A stretch of 124,000 bases of DNA. Source: Wallemia ichthyophaga EXF-994. Lineage: Eukaryota > Fungi > Basidiomycota. The notes below the pieces were generated by a model, which had not been told where the DNA came from, made no database searches, and was given only the letters and a program-made list of their open reading frames with translations. The stretch is from positions 144,001-268,000 of the forward strand of contig NW_008806284.1 of assembly GCF_000400465.1 (NCBI RefSeq), in the 5' to 3' direction. Shown here piece by piece: positions 24,622-36,881 of this stretch; position 1 is the first letter of the stretch, and each line of letters begins with the position of its first letter. The translations under genes were made by a program, and so were the position numbers.

Positions 24622-24700
24622 TGTTATGACAAACGATGATGATGATTGGGGTGAAAAATGGCGCTCCAAGATTCTGAGTCATTCTTACAAACTCGCACCC

Positions 24701-25678
24701 ATGAGCTCAAACTCAACAAACAATATCAGTAAAGACAAGGTTGCTGAGCTCATATCAGCAAATGAGAAGTACTCCCCAGCTACGTCCTGGCTCGAAGACC
24801 GTTACAGCATCTTCAACAAAGGCGACAACATACAAGGATACATTCAGCAGGAAGGCTTCCAGTTCTACTGGGGGGATCCTATCATTACACAGGGCACTAC
24901 TGGCGATTTCGTAAAGCAGATAATCAACTTGGCTAAGGAGAACAACTGTACGCCTGTATTCTGCGAGGTGTCGGAGGACCTCGAGGAGTTGTTGGCTGGT
25001 GATGATTTTGGATACTCGTGCTTGTCGTGCACACACGAAGACGTCATTGACCCAACTCAAGTAAATCTTGACGTAAAGGATGTTCAGCAGAATGTCCGTC
25101 GGTCGCAACGAGCCGGCGTGACCGTATACGAGCTGAGTGGTGAGCCAACAGAAGAGCAGCACAGGGCCATAGATCAGGGCGTCGACAAGTGGAAAGAGGG
25201 CAGGAAGGGTGAGCAGATCGCCACTGCTTCGATGGATCCTTTCCTCGATTCCACCCATAGACGCTTCCTCGTTGCCCAAGTGGAAGGTAAAATAGTCGGT
25301 ATTCTTATCCTCACCCTCCTTAAAAACCACGGATACCAGATCAAAAATTGCACTTCCTTCCCAGACGCCCCGAAAGGCACATCAGAGAGACTGATTGTGG
25401 AATGCTTGGAGCTGCTTAAGAAGGAAGACAACCACTTTGTCAGTTTTGGGATTAGTGCTAGCGATCACATGTCGCCAGTGAACAACCTCAAGGGCATGCG
25501 CGTAACGTGGCTCAGCGGCACTTACAAGTCAATTCTCAAATCTACAGGAATATTTAAAAGAGCTGACTTTCGTAGCAAGTTCAACGTCAAGCATGATCCA
25601 TTGTATATTTGCTACCCTCAGCATGAATTCGGACTGGATGGTGTACATTCTATCATGAAAGCACTTAAAACCAAGTAA
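24701..25678 (+). CDS. Free-standing DUF2156 (aminoacyl-tRNA transferase/LPG_synthase_C-like) protein, ErdS/ErgS-type
   Basis: ATSWL, GDP, LSC..E, VRR..R.GV, D..HRRFLVA, FPDAPKG.SE, SFG, FRSKF...DPLYICYP. This pattern matches the fungal DUF2156 domain as I recall it; intronless. Confidence 0.8.
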   Translation: MSSNSTNNISKDKVAELISANEKYSPATSWLEDRYSIFNKGDNIQGYIQQEGFQFYWGDPIITQGTTGDFVKQIINLAKENNCTPVFCEVSEDLEELLAGDDFGYSCLSCTHEDVIDPTQVNLDVKDVQQNVRRSQRAGVTVYELSGEPTEEQHRAIDQGVDKWKEGRKGEQIATASMDPFLDSTHRRFLVAQVEGKIVGILILTLLKNHGYQIKNCTSFPDAPKGTSERLIVECLELLKKEDNHFVSFGISASDHMSPVNNLKGMRVTWLSGTYKSILKSTGIFKRADFRSKFNVKHDPLYICYPQHEFGLDGVHSIMKALKTK

Positions 25679-25879
25679 TTTAACGACCTGTATATGTTTT
25701 ATAGATCTTTCTCATTTCTACCTTGTTCGATGAAAATTTTCTGTAACAATAACTGCGAGACAACCCACAGCAAAATTCTTTATTACTTTTAAACTTCTCT
25801 TTAGCTTCACGCGGATACAACCAATTGCCACCGACATTTGTCGAAGAATCCCGCTGAAATATCCTTAACAAGTCGCTTC

Positions 25880-28800
25880 ATGGCAAAAAACGCAAAGTCA
25901 TCTGCAACGGCAGGAAGTGAGTGTAGCTGCCGATATTAACACCACTCTAACGTTACAGCGCGTAAAAAGCAGGCCGCTAAGAAAGGCGAGGGCGAGCAGC
26001 AGCCCACGAAACAGCAGCAACAGCAGCAGGGAAAGAAGAAGTACACAAAGAAGCACGGTATCGGTCAGTCTAAGCCACCGCCACCGCCAAAGAGATACAT
26101 TCCTCCCCCAAAGCCGCCACGCCCTGCTCCAGATCCACTCGAGGCTTGGGGACTGGCGAGTGTCCTCCCAGCGGATTTGGTTGTTATTTTAAAAAGATTC
26201 AGTAAGAAGGACGCCACCACTAAAATTAGAGCTGTCGAAGATCTACAAAGCTGGGTCGCTGACGTCGACAACAGAGAAGGCGGCACAGAGAGCTTAGTGG
26301 TGGCGTTGCCAGTTTGGGTGTGTAGTGGTTTCATTGAAAGCACTGAGCTAACCACTCACAGCTTCACCACCTCCCTTCAATGCTCCTCGCTTCGAATAGA
26401 AGACTGAGGCAGGTTGCCTTGAGCCTCAATTTGGCACTGTCTTCGCCCAACATTAACGACGTTAGATCCAATATGCTCTACACTATTAGCGAATCTAGCT
26501 ACGAGTCCTCGTTGGGCGCGTGGCTGCTTGCTAATCCACAATCATGGCTCAGCAATACCACATTCGAGGAGGTCCCAGAAGGAGACGACCGCATTCAGCT
26601 TCTCGAGGAATATCAACTTGAACCTCTCATTAATTACATCAGCGCAGCTATTCGCTCTCCGTACCTCCTCCTGCCGACTGCTGGTACACCTGGTACACCA
26701 CTCACAGAAGCTAAAAAGGATATAATGGCTGAGCAGGAAGAGAATTACAAGTCTAAAGACGCTCGTATCAAATCAGCTGGTTTGAATGCCTTGGGTTATC
26801 TCATTACGACCATTCCTCAAGGCTTCGACGTGCAAGGACTGCTTAGGGACCTGATTGACTCAGGTGCAATTGCCGAGTGTTTCAATGCTCCCGAGGGTGA
26901 AGAGATTGTCAGGAGGTCTGTTTGGAGTCTTCTTCTACCGCTCTTGAAAAGAGACGAAGGTAAGCTAATCGAAAGCAACCTCCATTCGTTCGCTCCAGTC
27001 ATTATCAACAACGCTTTCAACGAGAATGACTCCACTGTCACATCTGTCATGTTTGATGGTCTGCTAACGTTCCTCCATCGCTTCCCGTCTGCATGGACTA
27101 TCGCAATCGATGAGGAGCAAGATGATAACCAAGATGGGGAGAGGATACCAAAATGTCTTAGCAGTCTGCTCACCTTTTTAGAGCTCGGCTGTAGAGCAAG
27201 TCCACCTCAGGTAGCCTACTCAAGCTTGCTGGTTATTCTCATGACTATGCCAAAGGAATACCTCACTCAATCAACACTATCAAGACTGTTGGTAGCCTTC
27301 TTAGCACCTCTTTACTCAAACATATTCCCTTCACCGCCTGTCCTTCAAGCTAGACATGCTGAGGCTCTTTTGAAGTCAATTACGGAATGTTTGGTGGCGA
27401 TTGTTGCAAATGTAGTTGAGTCAAGAGATACTGGCCTTGAAGTCGCAACAGAGTGGATCAAAGCTATTTGGGAGGCGTTTGTCACTTCACCAACACGTGA
27501 TGCTAAGCTGCTCAAGGCTAACGTTGTCGGTCCTACTCTCCAAAATGCATTTAAAAAACTCCACACAGTTCAGGAGCAGAATCTCGATAGTGCTGTAGAT
27601 ACAGTCGAGGAAATTACATTGGATTCTGAAGACGTCTCAAGAAGCACTGAAGTATTGTGTGAAATGGTGAAATCAGCCGATGGCGCGATTGAAAATAGAT
27701 TTGCAGGTCTTCTAGAGAAATTAGTAAATAATTCGCTCAATGAACAAGCCGAAGCCAATCTCGATGTCATTGTGATTGCTTTGAGAGGCATCGAGTGTAT
27801 CAGCATCATTGAGGGGGTCTTGCAACAGCTCGACGACTTTATCACGGTGACCTTGCCAACTCTTGTCGCTGGCCAGAGCTCATCAGAAGCAACTGACCTG
27901 CTACTTGCCTATATCGCCAAACGCGACAATGGTAATATGATTCAGCAGGCTTGGAAAGGCGTACTTAGTGCTGAACCATCACTCGATGTCGTCGCTAAGC
28001 TTCTAGATGCAAACGCCAATGGTGACCTGGATGGGAAACAACTCGAGGGCGCCAGCACAATGGCTGGAATTGACGAAATGGCCTTGCTCTTGGCCAACAG
28101 GGACATTGAAGGCGATTCAGATCAAGTAGAGAAGCGAGTCATTAACGGTATTCTACAATCAAGTGATAAGTTCATAAGTACAGTAATGCACGGATCCATC
28201 GAGCGTCTCTATATTGATTCTTTCAGAGGCAGTGTTTACTCCAAACTCTATCGCAATTCAAATCACCGTGATGTCAATTTGTCAACTATCAAACATGCAA
28301 GCATCGATGTTCTCGTACAGCTTGCCAAAGAAATATTTATCGAAGCTTACATTGTCAATGAGGACGCAACGGCTAGAGACCTTTGGAGCAGAGTTTATAA
28401 TGTGGAGAAAGTTTTCTCAGCTGTCAAAGATTTCGTTTTTGGCTTGATATCAGATGTGAATGTTTTGGCGGAGTAAGTGGCGGTTATACAATGCTGTTCA
28501 CTTTACTGACCTCCCCCCACAGACCCAAGACGATATTTAATGCATTTTATCAACATTTGATAAAGTATGAGTCTAATGATGAGCACGTGGCTCAACAATT
28601 CATCAATTCCCTTAGCGCTCAATATGATCTTCAACTGGACCTTCCATTGCCCTCTGCCTTGGCCGTTCTTGACGAGCTCGTCCCTCACACCTCCGAGTAC
28701 GATGACACCGCACCAAACCACACCGAGTACGACGAAAGGGGTCACTCAAGTCTCATTAGGAATATCGAAGGGCTTCTCAGCTACTTTACGGCTGATATGT

Positions 28801-31031
28801 CAATTGCTGTGAACAACGCAAGTGCACTCATCAACTTTTTCGGCGCATTGAGACTCGTTGAGGATGAGATGAGCATTAGAGGATGCACTAGTGCTTTCTC
28901 TAAAGAGAGCGATATGGAATCATTGGCAACTATACACGATTCTCTGAGGACGAGCGTTGCTTACACACTCTACAAAATTAGTTCCAGTGTCGATCAAAGT
29001 GCACTGATAAGGGTAATTAGGAGTGGCGGAGAGGCAAATGATTCACTTTCAGTGGCTCTCAAAACACTTTATTACGATGGAAGAGTGAACAGCCTGAGAC
29101 TCTTCCGCGACATGCTTCATGGCGTGCTCCAACGTGTTGAGGACGTCGATGGCGACAGGTGGTTGGGTATGACTGGTGAGGAGTATACAAAGGCCAATGG
29201 AGAGCACAGGGCAAAAGCTCTGCTGTTATCTGTCAAATCTTACACCCTGTCTTCACCACGTCTGGCAAGACTGCAGAATGAGATAGCATCCAAACTTACC
29301 AGCATCTCGGCAGCTGATGCCTCAGAACAAGGTTTACCATTGTTGAGATTGCTGATCAGTGCTGCGCCACCATTGGACGCTGAAGAAGGTCTGCTTCCTC
29401 AACAAAGAGCGCTCTATCTGCTTAAGTGCTTGCGCGAGTGGGTAATGAGTGATGAAGATCTAGATGAGGAACTTGACGGCAGATTGTCTGAGTTGTTTAT
29501 TCATCTTGTTCCGGTTATACAAGGAGTCGACGGTTCACACTGGGATTTGATATTCGACTTGGTGGAGGCTAACATTGAGATCGCATCGTTGGACGAGGGC
29601 GTACTACTCTATAACTCGCTTAGACTGTTTGAACAGCTTATGACTCTATCAAAGACCAACTCGGCACTCAGCAACATCTGGAAAGATAGGCGTGCAATTG
29701 CATTTGAGCACCTCCGCACTCTGTTCTTGAGCTTAGGCGACGACAACGGCGTTACATCGACTAGGCCGCGCAATGTATGCGAAGATCTCGTTCTTAAATT
29801 GGTCCAAGCTGTTCCTAAGGATCTTATCTCTGAGGAGAGTTTCGATCCGATGGTCAAGATGCTCAACAGCTACTCTACAGAAGTCCGCAAAGTGGCACAT
29901 AGGTTGTTATACAGACTTATCAAGACTCAAGTTGAGAAAGCAGCAGTGGATAGTGCAGTGGATAGTAGCTACGAAGTTAAACTACCGGAAGTACTAACGG
30001 AGAAAATAAGCGAGAGAATAACTTACTCGATAGACGATGTGGTAAAGAATGAGAATGTCAGAAAGCACGTCTTCTACTTATTGCTGGTGTGGGATGTTAC
30101 ATTCTGTCACTTCAATCACGCTTCTGATGCTATGCGCGCTAAATATAACGAGCAATTCCGTCAAAGTGGTGTCATCGGAAGCGCATTTTTGCCGCTTATT
30201 TTCACTGTGATGGGACTATTTGATAAGAACAAAACGATCGATTTATCCGGATACCTGATTGATGAGTTTTACGTACAGTACTACGAAAGCGACGAATACA
30301 CGCCAACTGCTGTACTCGCCGCTTTTGTTTTTTATAAATCATTGAAGTATAGCTCTGGCCATGTTAGGGCGTGGTGGACATCTAACCAGAACAGACAACT
30401 GTCTATGGTAGTTAATGGGGTGACGTCAAGGTATTTCAGTCCTCAGATCATACACGAAGAGCTTAAGCAACTGCGTAATCCAGTCTCACTGAAGGAGTTA
30501 CAGACCGAGGCGTTTAGTATAAAGGTTGCGCAGAACGCAAGTGAAGTTACAGCCACTTACATTGTCGATGAGCAGCCGATGGAAATGGGAGTAAAGCTAC
30601 CGCAACTATTCCCGCTTGAGCCGGTTGAGATAAGGAATATAAGGAGAGTTGGCGTCAACGAACGACAATGGAGAGCATGGTTGTTGGCCGTACAGCAAGT
30701 GATTGGCTCACAATCTGGACCTTTATTGGAGGCTTTGAGTTTGTTCAAGAGAAACGTCAGCTTACACTTTGATGGTGTGACTGAGTGTGCCATTTGTTAC
30801 TCGTGGGTGGTACTACTTGTTCTCATAGCCCAACTAACACAGCAAAGTATCGTTCAAACTTCTGATCGCTCGCTGCCATCAAAGAAATGCAAAGTTTGCA
30901 GTAACAAATTCCATGGCGCTTGCTTGTACACGTGGTTCCAATCCTCGACTGTGAGTTTCGATGTCCTGTAGATGGCGAAGCTAACCGAAATACAGTCATC
31001 TACATGTCCGTTGTGTCGTCAAATATGGTAA
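25880..31031 (+). CDS. LTN1: Listerin E3 ubiquitin ligase (ribosome quality control), multi-exon
   Basis: MAKNAKSSA start; KRFSKKDATTKIRAVEDL; RWD-like EQPMEM...LP..FPL; RING ECAICYS..C..CSNKFHGACLYTWF..STCPLCR. Confidence 0.94.
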
Positions 31032-31103
31032 CATTGTAATTGATTTAATAGACTTTATATACATTGATATTGCGTAATACATTCTTGTTGGAAGCACACC
31101 GCC

Positions 31104-33212
31104 ATGATCCCGCGAGGCGCTGGAATAGCGACGAGAGTAAGAAAATAATGTTTGCTAAAGCTTCTGGCTGACAATATTACTAGGGCTGTCTGCGATTACG
31201 GTTACGGCCTTGTGGCAGCGGTTATCAGTCATTGCGGATACAGTTACCGTGGCAACAACTGAGATGGCACGCACATATGTCCAACAGTACACCCAAAATT
31301 GAGGCGAAACAGCCCATCAAAGCACAATCACAGCAAACGGAATCCGTCGAGAAACCAACGAATGATATCACCACGAAGCAGCAGAGACAGATGGACTGGA
31401 ATATAATAAAGTTGCTCATAAAGAATATCTGGCCTAAAGGAGACAACAAGACGAAAGTCCGCGTCAGTTTGGCAGTAGCTCTGCTCATTTCAGGCAAATT
31501 GCTTAATGTGCAAGTGCCATTTTTCTTCAAGAGTATAGTGGATACACTGAATATAGAGCTAGATCCGAGCATGACAGTATGGGCTGTCTGCGGCTCTGCT
31601 ATTGCCGGCTATGGTCTTGCGAGGATTGGATCGACGACATTCAACGAGTTACGTAATGCAGTATTTGCAAATGTAGCACAAAGAGCGATAAGGAGAGTTT
31701 CAGGGAATGTATTTCGTCATCTTCTCAGTCTCGATTTGGGCTTCCACTTGAGCAGACAGACTGGCGGTCTCACTCGTGCCATCGATAGAGGTACAAAGGG
31801 AATTTCATTCTTACTTACATCTATCGTATTTCATATTATACCAACTGCACTCGAAATTTCGATGGTATGTGGAATTTTGTCTTACAAATTTGGACCAAGT
31901 TTCGCTGGTATTACTTTGGCTACTATGCTCGCATATAGTTGGTTCACTATTAGAACAACTTCGTGGCGTATGCGCTTTCGCAAGGAGGCTAATGCGGCTG
32001 ACAATGCTGGTGCAAATGTTGCAATTGACTCGCTGCTCAACTACGAAGCTGTGAAACACTTTAACAATGAAACCCACCAGGCAAAATTGTACGATGGGAC
32101 GTTGAAGAAATACGAGGATGCATCACTTAAAGTTGCAACATCGCTAGCTTATCTTAACAGCGGACAGAATTTCATCTTCTCTACTGCACTGACTGCAATG
32201 ATGGTACTTACTGCACAGAATGTACTCGCTGGAACAATGACGGTTGGAGATTTGGTACTTGTCAACCAACTCGTTTTCCAACTCAGTGTGCCTCTCAATT
32301 TTCTAGGCACAGTCTACCGCGAGTTGAGACAGAGTCTGATAGATATGGAGACACTATTCAATTTACAGTCTGTAGATATAAACGTAAAGTCGAAAGAAAG
32401 TGCGCCTCCTATTCAACTCAAAGGTGGTAACATCAAGTTTGAGAATGTACAGTTTGGATATCACCCAATACGCCCGATATTCAAAGATGTCTCATTTACG
32501 ATCCCAGCTGGGAAAAAGGTAGCAATAGTGGGACCATCAGGTGGAGGAAAGTCAACAGTTTTTAGACTATTGTTTAGGTTCTACGACCCAACATCGGGTA
32601 GAATAACGATAGATGGGCAGCCAATTGAGCAAGTTGATATGGAAAGTCTGAGGAAAGTAATAGGAGTGGTTCCACAGGATACAGCGCTATTCCATGCTGA
32701 CGTAATGCAAAATGTGCGATATGGAAGACTGGATGCTAGTGATGAGCAAGTAAAGGAGGCAGCTCGGAAGGCGCAAATGGGTAAGTTGATAGAGAGTCTA
32801 CCTGAAGGGTGGAGTACGAGTGTTGGGGAGAGAGGAATGATGATTAGTGGAGGAGAAAAGCAGCGACTGGCGATTGCGAGGGTCTTTTTGAAGGATGCGC
32901 CAATATTATTCTTCGATGAGGCAACTTCGTCGTTGGATACAGAGACCGAGAGAGAGTTGCTGAACAATATCAAGGAGGTGCTTGGCAGCAAAGCGCGTAC
33001 GAGTGTGTTTGTGGCACATAGACTTAGAACGGTCTCAGATTCAGGTGAGTGAGTTTGAGTGTCAAGTATGTATCGACTAACACGATACAGATCACATAAT
33101 AGTACTCAGGGACGGATATGTGGATGAGGAAGGAGATCATGATGAGCTGATGAAGCGTGGAGGAACATATTATAAAATGTGGCAGCAGCAGCAGCTTGAG
33201 CAAGCAGTTTGA
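31104..33212 (+). CDS. ATM1: Mitochondrial ABC half-transporter for Fe-S cluster export
   Basis: [60 protein letters not shown]. Confidence 0.96.
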
Positions 33213-33245
33213 AATGAATAGAGAATGAATGAATATCGATAAGAA

Positions 33246-33475
33246 TTACTCTTCTGACTCGTCTGAAACTTGTGAGCGATGGAAAGTGCCTCTCTGGGTT
33301 GTGGATTCGCCCTTTCTAGCGCCAATCCAGTCCCATTTCTCCTGGTTAGTATATTAGTGTGTAAGAATAACCAAAAACCAATTCAACTAACATCAGTATA
33401 CTTTGCCAATGTGAAAATACCCGCAGGAATAACCAAACCAAAAGCGATAATCTTATTTGAGATAGGTCTAGTCAT
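33246..33475 (-). CDS. Unannotated spliced microprotein of 59 aa (intron 33342-33391)
   Basis: Exon 1 MTRPISNKIIAFGLVIPAGIFTLAKYTD, intron GTTAGT...CTAAC.AG, exon 2 EKWDWIGARKGESTTQRGTFHRSQVSDESEE*. One hydrophobic segment. Confidence 0.6.
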
Positions 33476-33728
33476 TTTGAAGTGTTGGTAAGTGTGTTCG
33501 CGCTGTGTTTAATTAGACTGGCTGTCTGCGCCTATTCAACCAAATGCTAACCATATGATTCCATCTCTCTGCAGCTGGATCGAGCTAAAACTAAAGTTAA
33601 TCTAAATTATTTAATTTAATATTCATCTCACTTTAACCGTGTGGAATTCTCCGTGTCCTCCCATTTTTGATGTTGGTTGTGTGTGGATGAGAGTTATTCT
33701 GCCATTTGCTCCTTGATCAGCTACACCC

Positions 33729-36022
33729 ATGAGCTACAATGATTATGACAATGATGGCTACTACGACGCCTACGACGATGAATATTCTACACGTTCTCGC
33801 AAGCCAACCAATTACAGCTTAGGCGTCCCCTCCTACAATCCCCGCTACAAAGGATCTAATTACCGCGAAGAGCCAATCAAATTGAGTGCAGAAAATGACC
33901 ACGTCATTATCCTTGGCTTTGAGGATTACTGGACTGAAGATGACGTGCGAAGATGACGCTGTTCCTCACCCCAACACTCACTGACTGTTCCACACAGCTG
34001 AGGCTTGCTATCGAGACCCTTGGTGGTAGCGTTGAAACCACTACAATCATCAAGGAGAAAGGCACTGGTGGGTTGTTATATTTGTTTGTCGAATTCCACT
34101 CACTATCCCACTCCTCACCAGGTATCAGCCGTGGTTTCGGTTTCGCTAAATTCACTTCCACCGCACATGCCTCCGCTTTCGTCAAACCCCGTTTCCCCAG
34201 TTTCCAGTTGCCTGGTTCTGCCCTCACACAGAAGATCGACTTTAGTGCTTCTGCTCAAGCTAACGAACAGCGGCGGACAGGTCACAACAAAAACGACGGT
34301 ACCCGCGATATTGGTAATGTTCCCAGTCGTATCGTACTACTCCGCGGTCTAGACGCCGACAGCACCGAGTTTGATGTCGAGTATGCCCTCAAATGCGCAC
34401 AAGCCAAGCCTAAACGCGTTGCATTGATACGCGATCGCGAGAATGACCTTAGCTTTGGCTTCGCTTTTGCAGAATTCCCAAACGTTGCCGCTGCTCAGGC
34501 ATTTATTGCTAAAACCCTTTCTCCTGATGTCTACCCAATCGGGTTCAGAATACAGGATAAATTGGTAGCATGTACTTTCGCACTCGAGTTGAGTCTTTCA
34601 GGCTTAGAGGCACCTAAAGGTCTCAATGATGGTATTCGCTATTGGGACGGCACCGGGAAGCCGTGGATAATAGATTGCGATGAGGGCTGGCTCGAAGCTG
34701 CGCAGAAAACAAAGAAGAAACAGAGTGAGTGTGAGACGATTGCATTCTGGGCAGCGCGCTGAGTGGTTATTTAGAAGTAGACAACGGTACTAGAGGCGTC
34801 TTGCACGGCTTGGTACCTCAAGGCCCGCCATCTAAAGCAGAGCAGAGCAAGAAACCAAAGGCATTGAGCAAGACTTCGACAGGCCCCATTAAGATTGGAA
34901 TAGGTGGTGGCGCTGCGAGTGCTCTGGCATCTGGTTCGGCTACTCCGGCTGCATCTGCTACGTCTGCTCCGTCTACTGCTGCCCCTCAACACAACCCAGG
35001 CAAGCCGAAACACATCTCTATATTGGGACAGGATGAGTCAGACGATGATGATGTTAGTGGTGTCGATCCGACGTGAGTAGAATAGCGTTGTTTGACTTGT
35101 GACTTGCTCAAACATTCACAGCGCTCCTGACGATAAGTCAAAGAAAACAATTCCGCAACTAGCTACCAATAAGAAAGTAGGTTGAGTCGGATTTTTTGTC
35201 ACAGGAACAAGCTGACAGTTTAAAGACTGCGTCTAAAATCAATCTATGGAATCAAAAGCAGGGGGAGTTGAGAACGACAATGAATGAAAGTGGTGATGAG
35301 ACGAAGGCGACGGGTGAGGTAGGTGTTGTTGGTGTTATTTTGGCAAGCACTGACGTGAGATTAGAATAGAGCAGCAGCAAATGGACCTGAAGCCGACGCA
35401 CCAGCGGTCAATGCAACTCCAGCATCCAAAGACAGCAATGAATTAACAAGCTTTGATTATTCAGATACGTCCAAAATGGCTTGTTTACTCTGTCAGCGTC
35501 AGTTTAAAGCTTTAGATATACTGCGCAAGCACACTGCACAGTCCGATCTGCACAAGGTGGGTTGGGAGCGTGAGGAAACTTGCAAGCAATCTCACACATG
35601 CATCACAGAACAACCTCAAGAATGAGCAAGCGTGCGAAGCGGGCAAGCAGCGTAAATGGACAATCAGCCCCAAGTACACTGACAGGGCAGTGAAGCGTCG
35701 TGAAGTATACGGCCAGCCTGATAACCCAGTTGGAGGGCCAAACAAAAAGAGGAAGAGTGAGGGCGTAGACGTGAGTGCGGCTGGACCAAGTGAAGAAGCA
35801 GTGGATAAGGGAAAGAATCTGCTCGAGAAGATGGGATGGAATCAAGGAGCGGGATTGGGGAATAAGAATGATGGGATAGTCAACCCAGTTGAGAGTCTCA
35901 TCTATGAAGGTAAAGCGGGTCTGGGGGCGAGTAAGGGCAAGGATATTGGATATGCTGGTAGGGGATATCTAGAGAATGCTAGAGTAGCAGCGAAAGAGAG
36001 GTATGAAGATGATAAGTCGTAA
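33729..36022 (+). CDS. RBM5/RBM10-like splicing factor (2 RRM, C2H2 zinc finger, G-patch), multi-exon
   Basis: SRGFGFAKF, SFGFAFAEF, ACLLCQRQF...L.KH...SDLH, GKNLLEKMGWNQGAGLG. Confidence 0.88.
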
Positions 36023-36881
36023 GGTATTGATGGATTATTTTGTATTGAAATGCTTGATAATCAAATTTTCATGAGATGATTTATAGAGTTAAATGATGAT
36101 GAAGGAAGGAAAGATGACATTTGAGTAATACTGGCTTACTTTTAGTTATTTAAAAGACATAAATGGTTTCATAAGATGACAATCACGATTGAAACTGCGG
36201 TTGGAGATAAAGGCGAGGTGTTTGAGGCGTGTTTAGGTATACGAATGAAGGGTCAGTAGGGAACACATGTGTGTGATTACAAGTTGAGATATATTCAGTA
36301 TTCGTACAAGAACAAGGGTTTGTAGATGAGATTGATAAGTTAGTTTCTGCGTCGGGTGTTTTAAAGGCTTACGTGTATTTCAGTAATGAATCAGCTGCGA
36401 TACACATACTAGCTTTAGATCAAGGTAAACCAGTTGGTACTGTTAGATTGGTGTTGAAGAATGAAGAGAAATGTAAATTAACAAGGTTGGCTGTGTTAAG
36501 TGAATACAGTTAGTTATATTTCCTGCTGATGAATCCCTTTAAATCTTAAACACTTGAACTTACAGGAAAATTTAAACTTGGTGGAATGTTAATAGAGACA
36601 CTGATAAACAAAGCAAGACAACTCCAATTGAAAGAGATTATCTGCCATTCTCAATTGCCTGTCGTTGGTCTCTATCAGAGGTATGTCACCCCCACTTGAC
36701 TCATATTCCCGATGTCAATCCATCCCAGGTACGGGTTTCAAGTTTTTGGTGGTAAATTTGATGAGGATGGTGCACCACACCTTCCACTAAACTTGCACTT
36801 GTAGATAAATCAAAATTTTCAATTTTATCATCTAAATTTATGCCGCTGCTGACTTACATTCATCAGGAAAATAAAAAAATA

